Below, piece by piece: positions 60,803 to 64,000 of a stretch of DNA of 64,000 nucleotides. Each line of letters opens with the position of its first letter. Position 1 is the first letter of the stretch. Under the pieces are notes generated by a model. That model was not told the origin of the DNA. It did no database searches and worked only from the letters and a program-made list of their open reading frames with translations. Position numbers and translations under genes: made by a program. The stretch is taken from NCBI GenBank assembly GCA_004022145.1, contig RCNU01000008.1, one strand, 5' to 3'. This DNA is from Paecilomyces variotii. Its lineage: Eukaryota.

Positions 60803-61173
60803 CGTGCCGGTATTGAGAGTTTCGCAGGATAGTTCGAACGAACGACTTTAAGATCTCTCAGACGAGCACCTCCAAGAAGAGATAAACGATAGACAGCGGA
60901 GTTCTGGATGCCGCGACAGCGTGGTGCAACTCGACTTTGCCGGTCGAGATCGCGATTCCTGAGGCGGCGGAAAAACTTCCTTGCTCGCATACGGCGCTAG
61001 TCCGTTCCTAGACTCGCCTAGCGGAGCTCCTGGGAAACTCACCGCCTTTGACGGAGCGCACCGGCAAAATAGTATTATTTTCTTTCGATAGAGAACTTTT
61101 GGAAGCTGGTCTCAATGTTTTAATGCCATTCAATACAAAGGCACCTGGCTAGCCTTGTGGCTCTACGGGGGCC

Positions 61174-62930
61174 ATGGCATTGAAACGAAAGGCTGCTTCC
61201 GAGGCTGTCCGGAATGCAAAGCGCATCCAGACGCAGGCCCTGGATAGCTCCGGTAAGAGCTTCTACGGTCGATCTTCCAGCTTGCATGGCTAATATACTG
61301 AACAGATCCGATTTATGGGGAACCCCAATCGGATATAGACTATGAGTCTTCCGAAAATGGAAGCGTTGCTGGGGACGATGGTGATGAACACACTGAGACT
61401 CCAATGACGCCCTTCTCACCGTCCTCCTCAAAATATCCGTCAGAGTTGAAGACACACCTTTGCCCTTTCGATGGATGTACGAAAGCCTTCAATCGGCCGG
61501 CTCGATTACAAGAGCATATTCGGTCCCATAACAATGAGCGAATGTTCAGTTGTACGTACGACGGATGCGATAAAACCTTTCTTCGGGCCTCGCACCTCAA
61601 CCACCATATTAAGAGTGCACACACCTCAATCCGAGATTATGTCTGTGATAGGGAAGGCTGTGGGAAGAGCTTTGTCACTGGCTCCCGGCTACGGAGACAC
61701 CTTGCGGCACATGATGGGAGGGACAAGTATCGCTGTACAGAATATCCGCCCTGTTCGGAGACATTCCGGAAACACTCGACCCTCCAGAAACATGTCATGA
61801 TGGTGCACCAAAATCGGAAACCTTTCCCATGCCCTCACGTTGATCCCATTACGGGACAAAAATGTGGGCAGGCATTCGATACAGCAGGCCACTTGAAAGC
61901 ACATGAGGCACGTCTACACACGGAGAAGCGGTTTAGCTGCGCGGAATGCTCCCAACAAGCAGAAAATGATACCAAGCCTCCTGCTGAATTATACTTTACA
62001 ACCTACGCGATGCTCCAAGCACATATCAGAACGGTGCACCCTCCAAGATGTGCAAACTGTCCGATTGTCTGTTCCACGTCACGAGAGCTCCGTCGTCACC
62101 TCGAGGTCGTACACGGCGACGTTAGCCTCGAAGAGCGAAAGATTTTTCCATGCACTGTTCCCGGATGTGACCGAAGTTTCACTAAGAAAGGCAACTTGAC
62201 AGTCCATGTGCGGACCGTGCATGACGGAGAGAAACGATTTGTCTGCGGAGAAATCGATCTTTCGTCCTCGAAGAAAGTCGACGGATGGAATGGTGAAGGC
62301 TGTGGAAAGCGCTATGGCAGTAAGCTCGCATTGGAAGAGCATGTCCGGACCGCACACCTAGGGTTCCAAAACGCCAAAGCAGAACGCAGGCAACGCCTTG
62401 GACTGAGCAAGGCACAAAGTCGAGTCAGGCAGCCTGTACCATCCGCTCTGGCGACCCTGACTGGGGAAGGCTATGCCGAGGAGACTGGCCGCCATATCGC
62501 ATGCTTTGTTGAAGGTTGCAGTCATAGGTTCCACCGTGACTACGACCTTTGGGTGCATATGAACAGCAAGCACAACTGTTCAGAAGACGAGATTCAAAAC
62601 CTATTTACCCAACGAGCGCTGTTGACGGCTGGAATCATGGACGACCCGAATCCTTTCGGAATATATGGCATGGAGTTTGATGATGAACATATCACCTCGC
62701 TCCAGCTCCTCAAAGGTACTGGTAGCGACTCTCACACTGCCGCCGCCAATGCTTCCAATTGCCCCGCTACTGAGACAGATTTCTTCGAGGCTTCTCGAAC
62801 ATTTGATGATATGATTATGGAGCATGCTTATACTTCAAATCGTTGCGGAGAACCCACCGATTTTACGATACCCAATGACGACACGACAATGATTGACCCT
62901 GTACTAGCTTACAACTTGATGGAAGGTTGA
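61174..62930 (+). CDS. Transcription factor IIIA (multi-C2H2 zinc finger); exons 61174-61252, 61306-62930
   Basis: About ten C2H2 fingers (CPFDGC..FNRPARLQEHIRSH etc.), with the last finger separated by a spacer; head-to-head with RPB6. Confidence 0.85.
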
Positions 62931-63509
62931 GCGACTGTTATTCGTGCTAGCTTTTTTGTTGGATCTGAGGACTTCCTGAGAGCTATTACATGTGAATGTT
63001 CGCGAAATTTTGCAATAGGCTACATTTTGATGGCCTTGAGGAACCATGGCGTTACTTTTACAATTGATTTCGTCCTCACTTTGAAAACTATCTTGTAAAG
63101 ACATCAGCGTCTGATGTCCGAGATTCTTATGAACTATGACCTCTAAAGGTTCCTTGCTTTTTACATCATCCGCTAAGAATATCAATTTTGCGATCCATCT
63201 TGACATAGGTCGAATTACTATTTCCGTCGACCTGCAGAGTAAGTCATGCTTTAGGGAAGGCGGTTAAAGATGGCAGAAATCATCCAGCGGTAAAGAGCTT
63301 CGAGGAACATGTTCAAGTTATCTTGCCATTTCACACGCAGGCAACTTACCTGATGATTAAGTACTTCAATGGTTGGTGTGCGATATAGTGAAGATCCCAC
63401 TTTTTGCCACCCAATATGGGTATGTGTGAAGCCTCGATGATAGAACCGTCACGCAGTTTAATGATTTCTGTGATAGGACTCGGCCAATGCTCGGTTGTCA
63501 CCGTGCGCC

Positions 63510-64000
63510 ATGCCGTATCTTTCGGCTGTTCCAGCCAGCATAATCCTCATGGCCGCAATTCATCATATTGGTGGCCGTTGTTTCAGTCTTTGGCGTCCAA
63601 ATTGGACACATCCATTCATTGTAGAGCAAATTGAAGATAATCATGGGCTCCAAGCACAAAACGGTCCACGAGATTTGGGCTGGACAATCTCCCTTTTCAT
63701 CCTCTCAGTTGCCGGCTTTATAGTGGAACTCATTCAATTGGTTCCTCCTGGGTTGGAATCTTCATCTGCCGTTATCCTAGCCTCATGGGTAAGTAACTCT
63801 TGCATCTTACAAGCATTAGTTGACAGAGGCTAGGGAATTGCCGCCGTTCTAGTTGCTATTAAACGCCCGAGCTCATGCCTGACTTCCTTGCTTGCATACT
63901 ATTTATCAGTGCTGATAGTGGAGTTGTCATTTGTGCTTTTCCTTTATTCCCCGACGCCGTTCAAGCTTGCTGCTCGTTATGGCAGCATCGGTATTGCTGC
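63510..64000 (+). CDS. 5' part of a membrane protein, probably the N-terminal TMD0 of an ABCC-type transporter (runs off the window); intron 63789-63833
   Basis: Successive hydrophobic helices; intron GTAAGT...TAG continues in frame into GIAAVLVAIKRPSSCLTSLLAYY. No ATPase motif lies inside the window. Confidence 0.5.

Overview
Eukaryotic, intron-containing DNA from a filamentous ascomycete (gene content and GT-AG/CTRAC introns fit the Eurotiales). About 18 protein genes could be reconstructed by hand: Spc105/KNL1, RPS11, an ADP-ribosyltransferase-like orphan, an AP180/ANTH adaptor, a fungal-specific TF-like protein, an AcpA/Gpr1 acetate transporter, a Dal5-type MFS, a histidine acid phosphatase/phytase, an old yellow enzyme, an Ame1/CENP-U-like protein, a twin-CX9C protein, CAF-1 subunit B, a divergent trehalose-6-P synthase/regulatory pair, an F-box protein, an MCT-type MFS, the divergent RPB6/TFIIIA pair and the 5' end of a probable ABCC transporter. 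The most striking unexplained signal is a ~1 kb non-coding stretch (19243-20220) with many nested helices whose G-U pairs all favour a plus-strand RNA; I could not assign it to a known ncRNA class. An accessory zone at ~50.5-57 kb holds a decayed, RIP-like gene and a small chromodomain/RGG/zinc-knuckle unit of probable retroelement origin. All exon coordinates and helices were read by eye and none was computed.
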